Positions 13,359 to 26,500 of a DNA stretch of 64,000 nt are shown one piece after another. The stretch's first letter is position 1; every line of letters begins with the position of its first letter. The notes under the pieces were generated by a model, which was not told where the DNA came from, ran no database searches, and saw only the letters and a list, made by a program, of their open reading frames with translations. The DNA comes from Octopus vulgaris (lineage: Eukaryota), in contig OX597822.1 in assembly GCA_951406725.2 (NCBI GenBank), positions 66,898,001 through 66,962,000 of the forward strand. Reading direction: 5' to 3'. The position numbers and the translations under genes are program-made.

Positions 13359-14173
13359 CGTATAAACACAGATACACATACACATATATATGTAATATGT
13401 ATGTGTGTAAGTATGTATATATGTATAAGATAAGTCTCTTTCTCTCTCTTCTTCATTCTATAAGAGAAATTGTGGGGAATTTTGTACAACAGTACCTGTC
13501 TTTTTATACCTCTTCATCAGCAGATTTCATGTTATTGTCAGAGAGAGATGTGGCGGTTGTATCTGAAAATAAATGTTTAACAATTCTTCTCAATTGAATG
13601 GCGAATAATTTATGCAAAGCGTTTATATCGATTGTTGCCTAATTTAAGAGCAAATAGCAGAATTAACGAACATGCAGACAATTCATGCAATCAGTCATAT
13701 ACATACACACATACACAAACAGAGAAAACCGCATATATACTGTACATTGCAGTGTGTAAGACGCACACTTATATATTTAACGAAGACAAAAAAGGATCGA
13801 AAAAAGAATCTTGAAAATTACCATACATCTTCTGCAATTTGGTTAAGGAGTTGTTGTTGTGATTTCTAAAGATTTGAAGAAGAAGAACATGTTTTTGACT
13901 GTTTTACTGGACATTATTTTTAGAGATTTACAGACTTTGTGATTTTTATTATGTACTTACATGAAATTTGAATATGTCTAAGTTTTTTCCAAATTTATAT
14001 TTTGACATTTACACTTTTTTTTTTACAAAATCAAAGTAAGCACTCATATACATATATACATTTGCTTATCTTCTGCTAATAAAGAATGTTATTCGCGTCG
14101 CCTTCATACAGATAAAGTGAAAAGACAGCAAAATTTAAACAGTGTTACCGTAAGATTCTTATTTTTTTTAAAG

Positions 14174-14590
14174 AAGGCGGTGAGCTGGCAAAAACGTTAG
14201 CACACCGGGCGAAATGCTTAGCGGTATTTCGTCTGCCGCTACGTTCTGAGTTCAAATTCCGCCGAGGTCGACTTTGCCTTTCATCCTTTCGGGGTCGATA
14301 AATTAAGTACCAGTTACGCACTGGGGTCGATATAATCGACTTAATCCGTTTGTTTGTCCTTGTTTGTCTTCTCTGTGTTTAGCCTCTTGTGGTTAGTAAA
14401 GAAATAGGTATTTCGTCTGCCACTACATTCTGAGTTCAAATTTCGCCGAGGTCGACTTTGCCTTTCATCCTTTCGGGGTCGATTAAATAAGTACCAGTTA
14501 GGCACTGGGGTCGATGCAATCGACTATATCCGTTTGTCTGTCCTTTTTTGTCCCCTCTGTGTGTAGCCCCTTGTGAGCAGTAAAGGAATA
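14174..14590 (+). mobile_element. SINE family 2 (Meta-domain-like) tandem dimer, tails A-A
   Basis: Head AAGGCGGTGAGCTGGCA, box B GAGTTCAAATTCC, core GCCTTTCATCCTTTCGGGGTCGATAAATTAAGTACCAG; second unit starts at 14407; ATTCTT-T-rich direct repeats flank. Confidence 0.9.
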
Positions 14591-14749
14591 ATATTCTTTT
14601 TTTTTTATTAGAAACTAGTGTTATATTAACGATTTTCATTTCTTTTACAGATGCTTTCTTAAAAATTGTGGTTATCCCAACCATAAGATGACAGCGGTTG
14701 GTTAAGTTCAAAACACACCGAACAGCAGTATCCAGCGGTAGGTAGTCAT

Positions 14750-15010
14750 CAAGATGTAATGGTGGTTGTTAGTAGATGTTTGCTGGACAACAGTGGCCGG
14801 TGTGATAGCAAAAGCGAAGTATATTGTTTTATGTACCACAATAATACCCGGCAGCAAACCACATGTATGTGACGAATGATTATTGAATAAGTTTGACGGT
14901 GATGATGAGCACTTTGATGATTGTCAAACAGACCCGTAAATTCATAGATCGAACTGTGAAAGATCGTTGTTTTCACCGACTGACAGGTATATAATTTTAA
15001 ACCCAATGTT
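14750..15010 (-). mobile_element. Possible Penelope GIY-YIG remnant
   Basis: ORF IIIRHIHVVCCRVLLWYIKQYTSLL weakly resembles IYxIxCxxCxxxYIGQT. Confidence 0.3.
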
Positions 15011-15575
15011 TTTCCATTCAGTGAATCACAGCTAAATATTCCTTATAAGCATGCTCATCTATCTATTTGGCCGTCTCCTTGCCTCCTTTTAATTACCATT
15101 GTTAGCCGTAAAATGTTGTCCGTTTTCCTCCTCCACTTTAACAATCCCTGTGAACTTTCATCCCGGTCTTGCCCCGCCGAAGAGTTTTAGTTTTTAGTTT
15201 CATTTCTTATTATATTCTTTATCTTATTTTCATTCTTTATCTTCTTTACATTTTTTAAACTTTATTTTTAGCATTTTCTTTTCTCTGAAGTACTTATCTA
15301 TTATGATGCCTTGGTCTATCTAACAGTCTTTTTCAAATTATATACACCTGTCGAACACTTTTCTTACACTACCAGCATGAACATTAAGCGCTATATTTAC
15401 CCTATCAACCTGAAAGAATTACTCGACGCGCTGCTTAGATTTACCTGGGATTACACATAAGGAGGTACACCTTCACGGAAATATGGATACATCCCTCCGG
15501 AACAAGATTAACTATGAACTTTATACGTTTATCTACTTTAAATTTTATGTCTAGAACATTCTTTTACACGCACAT

Positions 15576-15675
15576 TGTCTCTGATGACAGAATCACCAGT
15601 GTATACGGATGTTGATCAACATATTGAAACATATTGATCCAATACCTCGGATATCTCAGCAACAGCTATAAGACA
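15576..15675 (+). ncRNA. Decayed PLE-type hammerhead with long stem-II insert, inside a Penelope-like terminal region (~15030-15790)
   Basis: TGTCT-CTGATGA ... GCAACAGCTATA-AGACA; same frame as the 8068 motif but GAAAC>GCAAC and GTA>ATA. Confidence 0.5.
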
Positions 15676-15806
15676 GTATTTACTTCTTCATTTCCTTAAT
15701 TGCATTCACTCTTACTTTAATTAATTAAAATATTCAAAGTGATCTTTTTACCTTGTCCTGCATTGGTTTCCTTTCCATTTAATTTATATATATGCAGGCA
15801 CGCACA

Positions 15807-15850
<44 letters not shown>

Positions 15851-16149
15851 AAGGCACGCGCACACACACATATATATATGGGCAGATAATTTTGCTGTTC
15901 CGTTGTGCATAAAAAGTACAGAACGCTTAAGAGAGAATGCATAGCTTCTTTAACCCAACAGCTGTTGCTAGGAACTCAGAATTACGTATAAATCATAATG
16001 GTCTTAATTAGCAGATGGAATGTGCAAAAAGTCATACTAATGCAACGAGCTAACTGTTGCGTATACATACATACGAACACACATACATACATACATACAC
16101 ACACATTCACACACACACACACACACACACATAAATATAGAAATATATT

Positions 16150-16460
16150 AGAATATCGCGATGCAACCACGAGGTCAAGAGAACGATCTCAATTGGTATT
16201 ATCTTGAGGAAATAGCATTTTGAGGATGTGTCCTTCTGCGGACGTGGCATTTTCTTTAGCCTTGAGTCCAATTATACATTCTAGACTGAAAATGAACTAA
16301 AGGAAAGTGCATCGAATACCGTCTGATGGAACATTTCAGAAATTCAAAGGTAGAGTCTTGTCAAACCATGGTTTGGGATGCTGGTTCATTCTGAGAATCA
16401 CATTGAAATATGTGTCTATTGAATGCCCAGCGAAGTACACATTGATTTAAGAGCAGGCAA
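16150..16460 (-). mobile_element. RTE-clade LINE 3' remnant
   Basis: LLNQCVLRWA and VILRMNQHPKPWF resemble xQLRWAGHVxRMxxxRxPK of the RTE C-terminus. Confidence 0.45.
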
Positions 16461-16670
16461 ATCAGCTCACGTGCTCGTGGACAAACACACATTCACATTC
16501 ACACACACACACAAACGCACACATACACACACAAACGCTCCTGGACGCAAGGACCTTCACCTAAACCGATAACCATAATATATGTGTGTATGGATATATA
16601 TATATATATTTACATATAAGCATATATTTTATAAATATTGCATAAATATATATAAGTATATATATATGTA

Positions 16671-16719
<49 letters not shown>

Positions 16720-17439
16720 GAATATACGTGTGTAGATGTATATGAATATATAATAACACTTCTTATCAACTCTTGACATCAGAGGTTAATCCAGCTTTGG
16801 TGTAAGTGAAATAATACCGTAGGTACAAATTGATTCTGAATATTAACAGCATACAAACATGAAATATCATGTCTGGTTTGTTTAAAATGTATTTCACTTG
16901 AAATCAACTGTATCATTTAATTTCATTATTCTGATCGCATCTATAATTCATAATTATTTCTTCGAAATTGAAATCAATCCACTCTTATGTACATACCTCT
17001 CTATTTAATTATTCATTTTTATGTTAGTCTCTGTACCTACTTCTGATTTATCCTGTTGTTAACCTTAGTGCGTAAATAATAATTCATATCATAGAACCAT
17101 TCTTTAATTGGCTACATAGAATAAATTCGAGTACATATTATGACTTAGTATCTTCACACGTTTTTTATCTCAAATAAATCCAGTTTTCCGAATGATATCT
17201 AGTAATAAAATACATCTTTCTTGAAGCATTTGGATATTTGAGTAAATTAGTCAATGCTCAAATTACTATGCCGTTTTTCTGTATAGTTATCTCCTTTCTA
17301 TGTTTTAAGTCGTACGCAAATTTTCAGAAGCCTTATGGTACATAACACAGCATTCTTGAAGATACGGTAATTTCATGTTCTTCAATCCATATTTTCGCAA
17401 ATCATGAAAACGCTAGGCCCTTCCTTGGACAAGTATTTG

Positions 17440-17660
17440 TTTCAACTTCTGGCAAAAGATCAGCAATTTCAGGGAAGCGGAGTAAGTCTATTAGATCGAC
17501 CCCAGTGTTTTACTGGTACCTAATTTATCGATCACGAAACGGTGAAAGGCAAAGTCGACCAAGGCAGAATTAGAACACAGGTAATGAAGACAGACGAAAA
17601 GTCGATAAACACTTTTCCCGATGCGGTAGCGAAATCACTAGATCGCTACATCTTGCCTTA
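17440..17660 (-). mobile_element. SINE family 2, old copy (tail C)
   Basis: GATCGACCCCAGT..CTGGTAC..TTTATCGA..GAAAGGCAAAGTCGACC. Confidence 0.75.
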
Positions 17661-17667
17661 TACCAGG

Positions 17668-18241
17668 ATTAAGTCGATTATATTGACTTCGGTTCTCAAT
17701 TACTCTTTTAATCTTTTATTTGTTTCAGTCGTTTGACTGCGGCCACGCTGGAGCACCACCTTTAATCGAGGAAATCGCCCCCAGGATTTATTTTTTTAAA
17801 GCCTAGTACTTATTCTATCGGTCTCTTTTGCCGAACCGCTAAGTTACGGGGACGTAAACACACCACCATTGGTTGTCAACTGATGTTGGAGGGGGGGGTG
17901 ACAAACACAGTCACACAAACACACACACATATATATACATAGACATATATACGACGGGCTTCTTTCTGTTTCCGTCTACCAAATCCACTCACAAGGCCTT
18001 GGTCGGCCCGAGGCTATAGTGGAAGACACTTACCCAAGGTGCCATGTAGTGCGACTGATCCTGGAACCATGCTACTTACCACACAACCACTCCTGCCACA
18101 GTCATTCGTAACTTATTTTATACACCCCGAATGAAATGCAAAGTCGAACTTGGCGGAATTTGAACTCAGAACGTAGCGACGGACAAAACGCCTCCAAGCA
18201 TTTCACCCAGCATGATGATGATTCTGTGTGCTCACCGCCTA
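17668..18241 (-). mobile_element. SINE family 2 copy interrupted by a full family-1 SINE (17700-18097, minus strand)
   Basis: Family-2 core split at ~17699/18100; the insert has the full family-1 structure with internal CA/TA repeat. Confidence 0.8.
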
Positions 18242-18819
18242 AAACTTTGCCCAAATATTGATTTATCATATTCGATTTCTGTGTTCAACACACTTTTGAG
18301 CTCCAAATTTAGCAGCCATTTGATGCTCTGAACACGATGTATTGAACACTATGGCAGAAAATATTTACAGGATATGCATTTCTATGCATTTCACAACATA
18401 TAATTTATTATGTATGTTTGTGTGTCAGTGCATATTCCTAGGTATGTGTGTGTATGTATCCGAACGCGGGTATAAAGAATGAGAGAATATAAAGGAGATT
18501 GATTTGGAATACTGGTTTTAAACATTTTCTATTTTTGTCAAATATTTTCCAAATTTTGTATAGACAAGATGTGTATGTACAGCTTATTGGAGGTTAAGTT
18601 TATGTGACGCTCTCAGGAATGCATCAATATTTTCTATAAGTTTTGCATAATTTTCCACAATATCTCTTTCACTGCTGTTAGCGAATTCTTCGATTAGTTT
18701 CGTGTGCTGGATGGGGAGCGCAATCGAATTATTATATATTCCGTGTTGATGATGTTACAGTAATCTAGATGTTTTGTATTTTTGTTTTCTTTTGTATTTA
18801 TCCATTACATATATATCAG

Positions 18820-19000
18820 TCATCCGGCTGCAGCAGCCATGCTGGAGTACTGTCACCAACAGTTCCTTTACTTTACTGAATCGACTCCAGTACTGATGTT
18901 GTGTTAAACCTTGTAGTTATTCTATCGGTCTCTTAGGGCCGAACCACACAGTCACAGGGACGTAAGCACATCAGCAACTGCTTGTCAAATGGCGGTGGAA
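18820..19000 (-). mobile_element. SINE family 1, diverged 3' half
   Basis: GCAGCCATGCTGGAGTAC...TTATTCTATCGGTCTC...GGGACGTAAGCACA. Confidence 0.65.
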
Positions 19001-19123
19001 ACAAACGTGGACGCATACCCACGGGGCTCGGGGTTATGGCAGGACACATTTGCTCATATTATCACAGCAAATCACGGAGACCAGATACTTGCAAATGACC
19101 TTCATAAACACAGATTTGTGTAT

Positions 19124-19179
<56 letters not shown>

Positions 19180-19187
19180 CCAGTAGA

Positions 19188-19530
19188 CGTGGCAAGGTGG
19201 CAAGTGTCTTGTATCACAGCCTCGGCACCACCAAAACCTTCTATGTGGATTTAGTAGTGGAAACTGAAGGCGCTCGCCATGCATGTGCGTGCGTGTGTGT
19301 GTGTGTTTACGTATGCATATGTGTCTGTGTGTGCCTTTGTTCCTCCTCCACCACCTCTTCACAACCACTGTTGGTGTGTTTTACCTTCTTGCTATTCAGC
19401 AGCGGCTCGGAAAGGGGTGAGCGATAAAAAATGAACTCGTTTTACAATAGAACTGCTAGTGTGAATTTCTTCCACTGAAATTCTACAATTCGTTATCCCA
19501 GTATAACCGCATTTTAATCACTAAACTAAA
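19188..19530 (+). mobile_element. SINE family 1, highly diverged copy
   Basis: GGCAAGTGTCTT..CAGCCTCGG..GTGGATTTAGTAG.GGAAACTGAAGG, internal (GT)n, GGTGTGTTTTAC. Confidence 0.55.
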
Positions 19531-19563
<33 letters not shown>

Positions 19564-19584
19564 GTATATACATACATGTGTGTA

Positions 19585-19800
19585 TATGTTTGTGTGTCTG
19601 TGTTTGTCCCCCCAACATCGGTTGACAACAAATACTGGTGTGTTTACGTCCCCGTAACATAGCGGTTCGGCAAAAGAAACCTATAAAACAAGTACTAGGC
19701 TTCCAAAGTATAAGTCCTGTGGTCGATTTGCTCAACTAAAGGCAGTGCTCCAGCATGGCTGCAGTCAAAATTACTGTAACAAATAAAAGAGAAAGAAAAA
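19585..19800 (+). mobile_element. SINE family 1, 3' half
   Basis: TGTCCCCCAACATCG..GGTGTGTTTACGTCCCCGTAAC..AGTACTAGGCTTCCAAAG..GCTCCAGCATGG. Confidence 0.85.
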
Positions 19801-21037
19801 TATAACAGAGAATATACATGTATGTATATATGTATATGTGTGTGTATTCGAGTGTGTGTATGTGTGTACGTGTCTGTGGTCGGTGTGTGTTTGGTATCTC
19901 TATACATACAAGCCCTTAGATAAATGTGCAATAAAATATTATTTACTTGAATAACAATTTTGCTTCAGAGGTAAATTTGTTATTTTTCTGCTTACTGACA
20001 AAAGGCAGGGTAGAGTGGTTAAGAATTTTGTTACACAACCGTGAGATCCATAATCGATTGAGCTCGTTATATGTAAGTGCATTTACGTTAGTTCCAGCCA
20101 AAACTTGTGAATGAATTTGAACTGACGGAAGCTCTACAGGAATCCTCTCAAGAAGTGTATTCCTACAAATCGAAGAAGAAAGAAATAGAAAATTTTGATA
20201 TTTAATATTGAAAATAAATAGTCAACATGCCTTTATTTCTTCCCAATATCTCGAATTCTTTTTCATAAATATAAAATTTCAGTGACTTATTTTGCTTTTT
20301 TTCTTTAAAAAGAAAACACATATGACTCAATAAGAAGTTATTAAAAAAAAAACACTGTTAACTATGAATGACATTTTACACGTGTATGGAATATGCTGCA
20401 ACTTCGCTCAATTTCATTTGTGAGTTGTTCAGTTGATCGAGCAATCTCACATTCATCCGACGAAATTGACAAGAGAATCCATCATTCCAATTTTTAAAAC
20501 TCCATGTATGATTTCAAGGATTATCAGGTGTTTTTCCTGCAGGCCGAACAATACCATGGTTACTCATATGAAGACGTGTATAGCTTAAGTATACAGCGGA
20601 ATTTACTTAATTTTGGGAAGATTAGGTTTTAAAATTGTTTATTTTACATCGTTTAGTTAAAAACTGAGCTAAGGGTAAAAACATATATAGCTGTAATGAC
20701 TGTATGATTTCTTTTTAAGAGCCTGGTTCTTGGTTCTGATTTTATGTCTCAAAAAATATGAAAGACAATATGTTCTACAATGCATTTACTGGCTTAAACT
20801 GGATTGCAGTGGGGAAAAAATGGATTTCTTCATTGCGTGATGCAATATTACATGAAAACAGTTGAATATCGATTGAGCTACAAAACGCATGAAATTACAC
20901 TATAAAATTAACTGTTTTCATTCTGGCATTTAGTCAACACAATGCTATCTTTGAATAAACTGATAAATTTTATTTCAGCTTAACTACAAGCCTCTACTAC
21001 ACTGCATTATTTATATTAAATAAACACCTACTTATAT

Positions 21038-21428
21038 ATTACTCTTTTACTTGTTTCAGTCATTTCACTGTGGCCATGCTGGAGCACCGCATTTAGTCGA
21101 AAGAATTGACCCCAGGACTTAGTCTTTGTAAGCCTAGTACTTATTCTATTGGTCTCTTTTGCCGAACCGCTAAGTTACGGGGACGTAAACACACCAGAAT
21201 CAGTTGTGAAGCGATGTTGGGGGCCAAACATATGCACACACACATACATATATACATATATACGACGGGCTTCTTTCAGCTTCCGTCTACAAAATCCACT
21301 CACAAGGCTTTGGTCGGACCGAGTCTATAGTAGAAGACGCTTGCCCAAGGTCCCACGCAGTGGGACTGAACCCGGAACCATGTGGTTGGTAAGCAAGCTA
21401 CTTACCACACAGCCACTCCTACGCCTAT
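21038..21428 (-). mobile_element. SINE family 1, full length
   Basis: Minus-strand head AGGAGTGGCTGTGTGGTAAG (box A), GGGTTCAGTCCC (box B), internal CA/TA repeat, tail AAGTAAAAGAGTAA. Confidence 0.9.
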
Positions 21429-21687
21429 TGCATAAGAAATTGAAACGTTTCCTTTAAATTCATACATCAGATTATTGATAGAAAATATCGCGTACTGCTA
21501 TGATGAATAATATGAACATGTGTTTGTATATAGATAATAGCTGCACTCATACTTCCTAGCCTGAAGGAGGGCGGAAGAATGAACAAATGTAATTACATAA
21601 ATATCGATATATGTATAATATAGATATATGCATATATACATACATATATGAACATACCTACATCTATATGTATGTATACATGCATAT

Positions 21688-22260
21688 TATTGGTACAGGA
21701 CATCAAAAGAACGTTGAACACAATAAGAAACGAAAACATAGAAACAAACTTATTTTGGAACAACGAAAAAAAACAAACAGAGAAACGAGACATACAACAC
21801 AAAGAATATTCCCTTTCTTCAGTTATCCCTGTTTCAACTACTCCGCGTTCGAAGGCAAGGACACGACGTGACTTCTTTGAAACAGTCCTTGCTGCAAAGC
21901 AAATTAAACTTGGGATTTTTTGCAGAGGGTGAAAGTGGTAACAAGAACAGGACGGTGAGAACAAAACCGGAAAAACAAACGGTGAGTGCTGTTAAGTCAA
22001 GACGATAGAAAAATTATTATGAACGCTAGGAAGACGAGCTTATGAAAGAGACAGTATAAGCATGTTTAGTCTTTACGAGGGTTGTGGGTAGAAAGGTAGG
22101 TTCTCTTTCGTTATGTGTCAGCGACGAGAGAGTCGAGGAGGAGGAGTGAGAGAGAGAGGGAACTGTGAAGTAAAGGGAGAAGAATAGGGAAGGCTGGGAG
22201 AGAAAACCAGAAAGGATGAAGAACAAGAGTGGGAGAGAGATAGACAGAGAAAACATAGTA
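21688..22260 (-). mobile_element. Probable Penelope-like terminal region
   Basis: Purine-rich plus strand with the same organisation as the 3549 and 62415 fragments; no intact ribozyme core. Confidence 0.3.
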
Positions 22261-22287
22261 AAGATAGAAGAGTCCGCATTGTAATTA

Positions 22288-22518
22288 AGATAAAACTTAC
22301 TTGGAAAAGGATGCGTGGCGTTTGATCATATGATGATATGAATAATATATAAATATATGCATATATACATACACATATGTACATACCTCCCTCTCTCTCA
22401 ATCCTCCTCCTCGACTCTCTCTTAGGTACGTACATATATGTATGTATATATGCATATATTTATATATTATCTATGTTATTATATGATCGAACGCCACGCA
22501 TCATTTTCCAAGTAAGTT

Positions 22519-22524
<6 letters not shown>
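22288..22524. mobile_element. Foldback/MITE-like element with ~100-bp inverted arms
   Basis: AGATAAAACTTACTTGGAAAAGGATGCGTGGCGTTTGATCATAT (22288-) is the near reverse complement of ATATGATCGAACGCCACGCATCATTTTCCAAGTAAGTTTTATCT (-22524); CT-rich ~35-nt loop. Confidence 0.8.
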
Positions 22525-22582
<58 letters not shown>

Positions 22583-22914
22583 ATATATATATATATATAT
22601 ATACATGTTTCTGCGTTCAGGCCCATTATGTAGTACCCTGTGGATGTGACTTCTCCGGTAGTGGCGGTTGACCAGTGGATTCAGTAGACGGAGAGTGTAA
22701 AAATCCCGTAGTAAATGTATATATGTGAGTGTATGTGTGTGTACGTACCTTCGTGTTGGTATTTGTCTCTGACCACCTCTTGACAACAGGGTCGAAAAAG
22801 AAAAAAGATCCAAGAGAACAACTACTTTAAGTAGAATATTTTTTTTTAAACGAATAAGTACTCGAGTTAACAAACATCCAGTAGAAATTTCTTGCAGCAG
22901 TAAAGCAATGCTGG

Positions 22915-23070
22915 TTCCAAATCTTGGCACCAAGCCAGCAATTTCGCGCTGGTGGGTGATTACGTCGTTTATATCGACCCCAGTGCTCAGCTGGGACTTA
23001 TTTTATCGACATCGTAGGAATGAAGTGCATTTCGCCCAGTGCACTAACGACTCCACCACCTCACCATCTA
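22915..23070 (-). mobile_element. SINE family 2, old partial copy (tail C)
   Basis: TTGGCACCAAGCCAGCAATT..ATCGACCCCAGTGCTCAGCTGG..TTTTATCGAC. Confidence 0.65.
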
Positions 23071-23089
23071 AGGACTAAAGCATTATTAA

Positions 23090-23378
23090 AATAATGGGAA
23101 TGTACCAACTCTCTTATCAACCGTCCAAGAGCAGAGATTGAGGTTTGCTGGCCATTGCTGGAGAAGTAAAGAAGAACTTGTGAGTAATGTGTGACTGTGG
23201 ACACCAAATCGTGGTGTCACGGCAGCTGGAAGACCACGAAGACGTATATACAACAGTTTGCAGAAGATGCTGGGTGCCAAGTTTAAGACCTAAAATCACT
23301 AATGGAAGATCGGGAGGGATGGAGAGAAGTAGTCAGGTTGGCCCGGGCCATCAGACTGACTGGATGATGCCGCGATAA
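23090..23378 (+). mobile_element. RTE-clade LINE 3' end
   Basis: GNVPTLLSTVQEQRLRFAGHCWRSKEELVSNV*LWTP..GRP / KTYIQQFAEDAGC..LMEDREGWREVV: typical RTE C-terminal RLRFAGHC, GRP and DRxxWR motifs. Confidence 0.85.
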
Positions 23379-23619
23379 AAACTTAATTAATTAATAATTT
23401 CGTTATAAATCGTTAATTTTACGGTATCTTCTTGATCTCTGTGAATCTAACGAAAATCTCTATAAGTAGACTGATGGATTCATAATGAATATGGAACACC
23501 AGATGAACTAAAAGGAAGCAGAAATTAAATTTCGAGGCAAATTGGATAGCATAGAATTGAAGTAAGATTATCAATTCATTTGGGGATGGTGAATTAGCTA
23601 AATATTATGGAGTTGTACG

Positions 23620-24459
23620 CTTATTTAGAAAACATATGTCTTTTAATACTTATTATGTTTATACTTTGTTTAATACTTGCTGGGTTTATATCTGTGTCTT
23701 TGTATACTCGTGATTGAAAACAACTCAACTGTCGTGTCAGCCATTAATAGCAGGCGCCCAAACCTATTTCCTTCCGCCCAATAATATCCATCAGGCCTCA
23801 ACCGATCCTTGCTATCTTAGTGCCCCTAAAAAACGTTTTGCACTTAAAATCAATCTTTCTGTACTAAATTGTCTCATCGTGAACCCGATTTCCCTCTTAT
23901 CCTGTTTCTTGTCTCTTGTACGCCCAGTTGAGAGTGTTCCCTGACCTCGATTTGTGTATTTTGTGACGACTCCAAATCATTACCTACGCCCGTGTTTTCC
24001 ATTTTGTTATTACTTATATCGTTAATTATACCTCTTTAAACTGCTCAACACTTCAAATTCCTCAACCCTTCATCCTTCCCGCTCGAAATGATACATATTT
24101 CGCGGGAACTACAGTACGCCACTTACTTGTATTTCTTTGTATTTCCTCTTTCTGAAGATCTCGTCTTTTAATCGATCTGATCAAATATATTTTATAACTT
24201 ATAATTTATAATTTCGGATTTATTGATCGATGAGGACTATCGATCGCTGGAAAGTTCGTAATGCTTAACAGATAGACGAAATGCCAAATACCTTCATCCT
24301 ATATATTCTCTTATACTAGATGTACGTCGTAGCTCAATGGTATATGCATCTGCCACAACCGGATCACGTGGCTAAGGGAGTTCAACATAAATTCTATTAA
24401 GAAGCGCAATCTTATAAATTAATTTGCCATGCACCATGCACCTACCGCATTCCGTTCCA

Positions 24460-24462
<3 letters not shown>
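23620..24462 (+). mobile_element. Probable Penelope-like terminal repeat with decayed hammerhead (24228-24285)
   Basis: CGATGA-G-GACTATC ... GATAGAC-GAAAT; pyrimidine-rich upstream tract; ends in (TA)n. Confidence 0.45.
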
Positions 24463-24505
<43 letters not shown>

Positions 24506-24806
24506 CAGATACTTTTATTTAAAAAGTATGCTACAGATTGTAATCTGCTTCGACCGCCCTGGGAATTTATCAAGCATTGATAAAAACGACTTTGAATGAA
24601 TTGAAGCGGAATAGAGCGGCCATTCATGTACAGTGCGGAACAAATGATTGTTAGAAGATGATTTCGGTCTTCCAGTGGATGAGTTTAGAGTGGTAGTTTC
24701 GAATACAAATCAGTGTAGTTAAAATAATGTGGTCATAATGAAGAGGTAAAAAATAATTGTTTGCATCTAGATAGTCAAAGGGAGGTGTGAGATACTAACG
24801 TTGTAT

Positions 24807-24807
<1 letters not shown>

Positions 24808-24866
<59 letters not shown>

Positions 24867-24887
24867 GAGGAGGAAGAGGAGGGGGGA
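24808..24887. repeat. (AGT)n then (GGA)n microsatellite
   Basis: Directly visible. Confidence 0.9.
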
Positions 24888-26500
24888 TAGGTGTAATCTT
24901 TTTGATCTATGGGCAGAATATATCGTTAAATTTAACATTCTACAGAGAGAGAATGTAAGCGAGCAAGAATGTAATAAATATACAAATATTATGGGATACT
25001 GGGACTAATAAGAATGGTGACACACACACACACACATATACACACTCACGCATACATACGAGGATGTACATATATACATACCTACACATATGTTTATGTA
25101 GTGTACGGGTGCGTGTGTATGTACATATGTATAATCAAATGTATGCATAAGTATAATCAGTATATGTTCACACCTTCGTAGTTAGGTGCCAATCCTGTAA
25201 CGCCATTCTTTCGATACTCGGTCTATGAGACATGTTGTGTTGATAAGCAAAGCATGTCATTTCATGTTACATTGACCTACTGAACTATAAATTGGATACT
25301 ATCCGAGTTCTATTACAATTAGCTCGGACATCACACAAGTAAAACCGTATAACTAATCCAAAACATATATGATAATAAAAGACAAACACATAAAAGTATG
25401 TATATATATTTATACATATGCGTGTGCGTGTCTCTGTGTGCGTAAGTATATATGAATGAAGATATATATATATATATATATCCAATTCATTGGAAAAGCT
25501 CAAGCTGTACGCGTTTCCAAAAATTTATTTTCTTTCGTTCACTACTCAAATGTTCCTTCCTGAAATTCTACAGGTTCACTATTCTAATATTTTCAGAGTT
25601 ACAAAATATTGCCTATCAGATGTGCATTCATTCTAAAAGCAGGCTGGAGTCTTTATTTCACAATTCCGAATGGCATACTGCCATTAAAGGTATTTTCAAC
25701 AAATATAATAATAGGAAATTAATTGTACATGTTGCCATATTTTCTTAATGTTTCGACCAAAGATTGGTCAAGGCCATGTCTAACTTAATAGCAACGCCTG
25801 ATAAGATTATCTAAATCCTGTTTAAGTCAAGATTTGTTTATGGTCCTGTCAAGTAGTGAGTTCTTGTTCAGTGAGATGTATCCAGATATGGGTTGCTTAT
25901 CCGGTATTCCTTGACGAAATCTGTCCGGACTCCGTTTATAGGTGATGGGATACTTTTCCTCTTTGATCACTTTCTGAACAATGTTAAACAGGGCAGGGCC
26001 TGTTGAGGAAAAGAAATCATGTTGCAGTGTAACTATATGCTGTGATCCTGAATTGGGTAGGGGACGTATGGTGCGTCGTCCCAGCCTTGGACGAACCTTG
26101 AAACTAACGTTCAGCTCGTCTGGGCAATGCTCACTATAATAATTTGGTGTTCTGCTCTACAAAATTTGAATCATGATATTTGTTTGTGTACATGCGTAGT
26201 GACACAAATCTAGAATTGTTATATGATCCCCAGAAGTCACTAGGACTTTATATCCGTATAGAGATCCACTCGACATCTTGCTATTTAGATGCATCAGCTC
26301 TTAGCACCTGGATTCACCACATCATAAAAGTTACTAACAGCCAAGTTACTGTCTTTTAAATATTAGGCATGTGTTTTCCCTCAGAATATGAGAAAAAAGC
26401 CTCTGCCTTTGTAAATATATGCGGTTGAATGATAAGTAGTGGGAATGGAATTCAGGGATAAAACCTTCAAAAAGAACATGAAATTGGAATGAAGTGTTGC

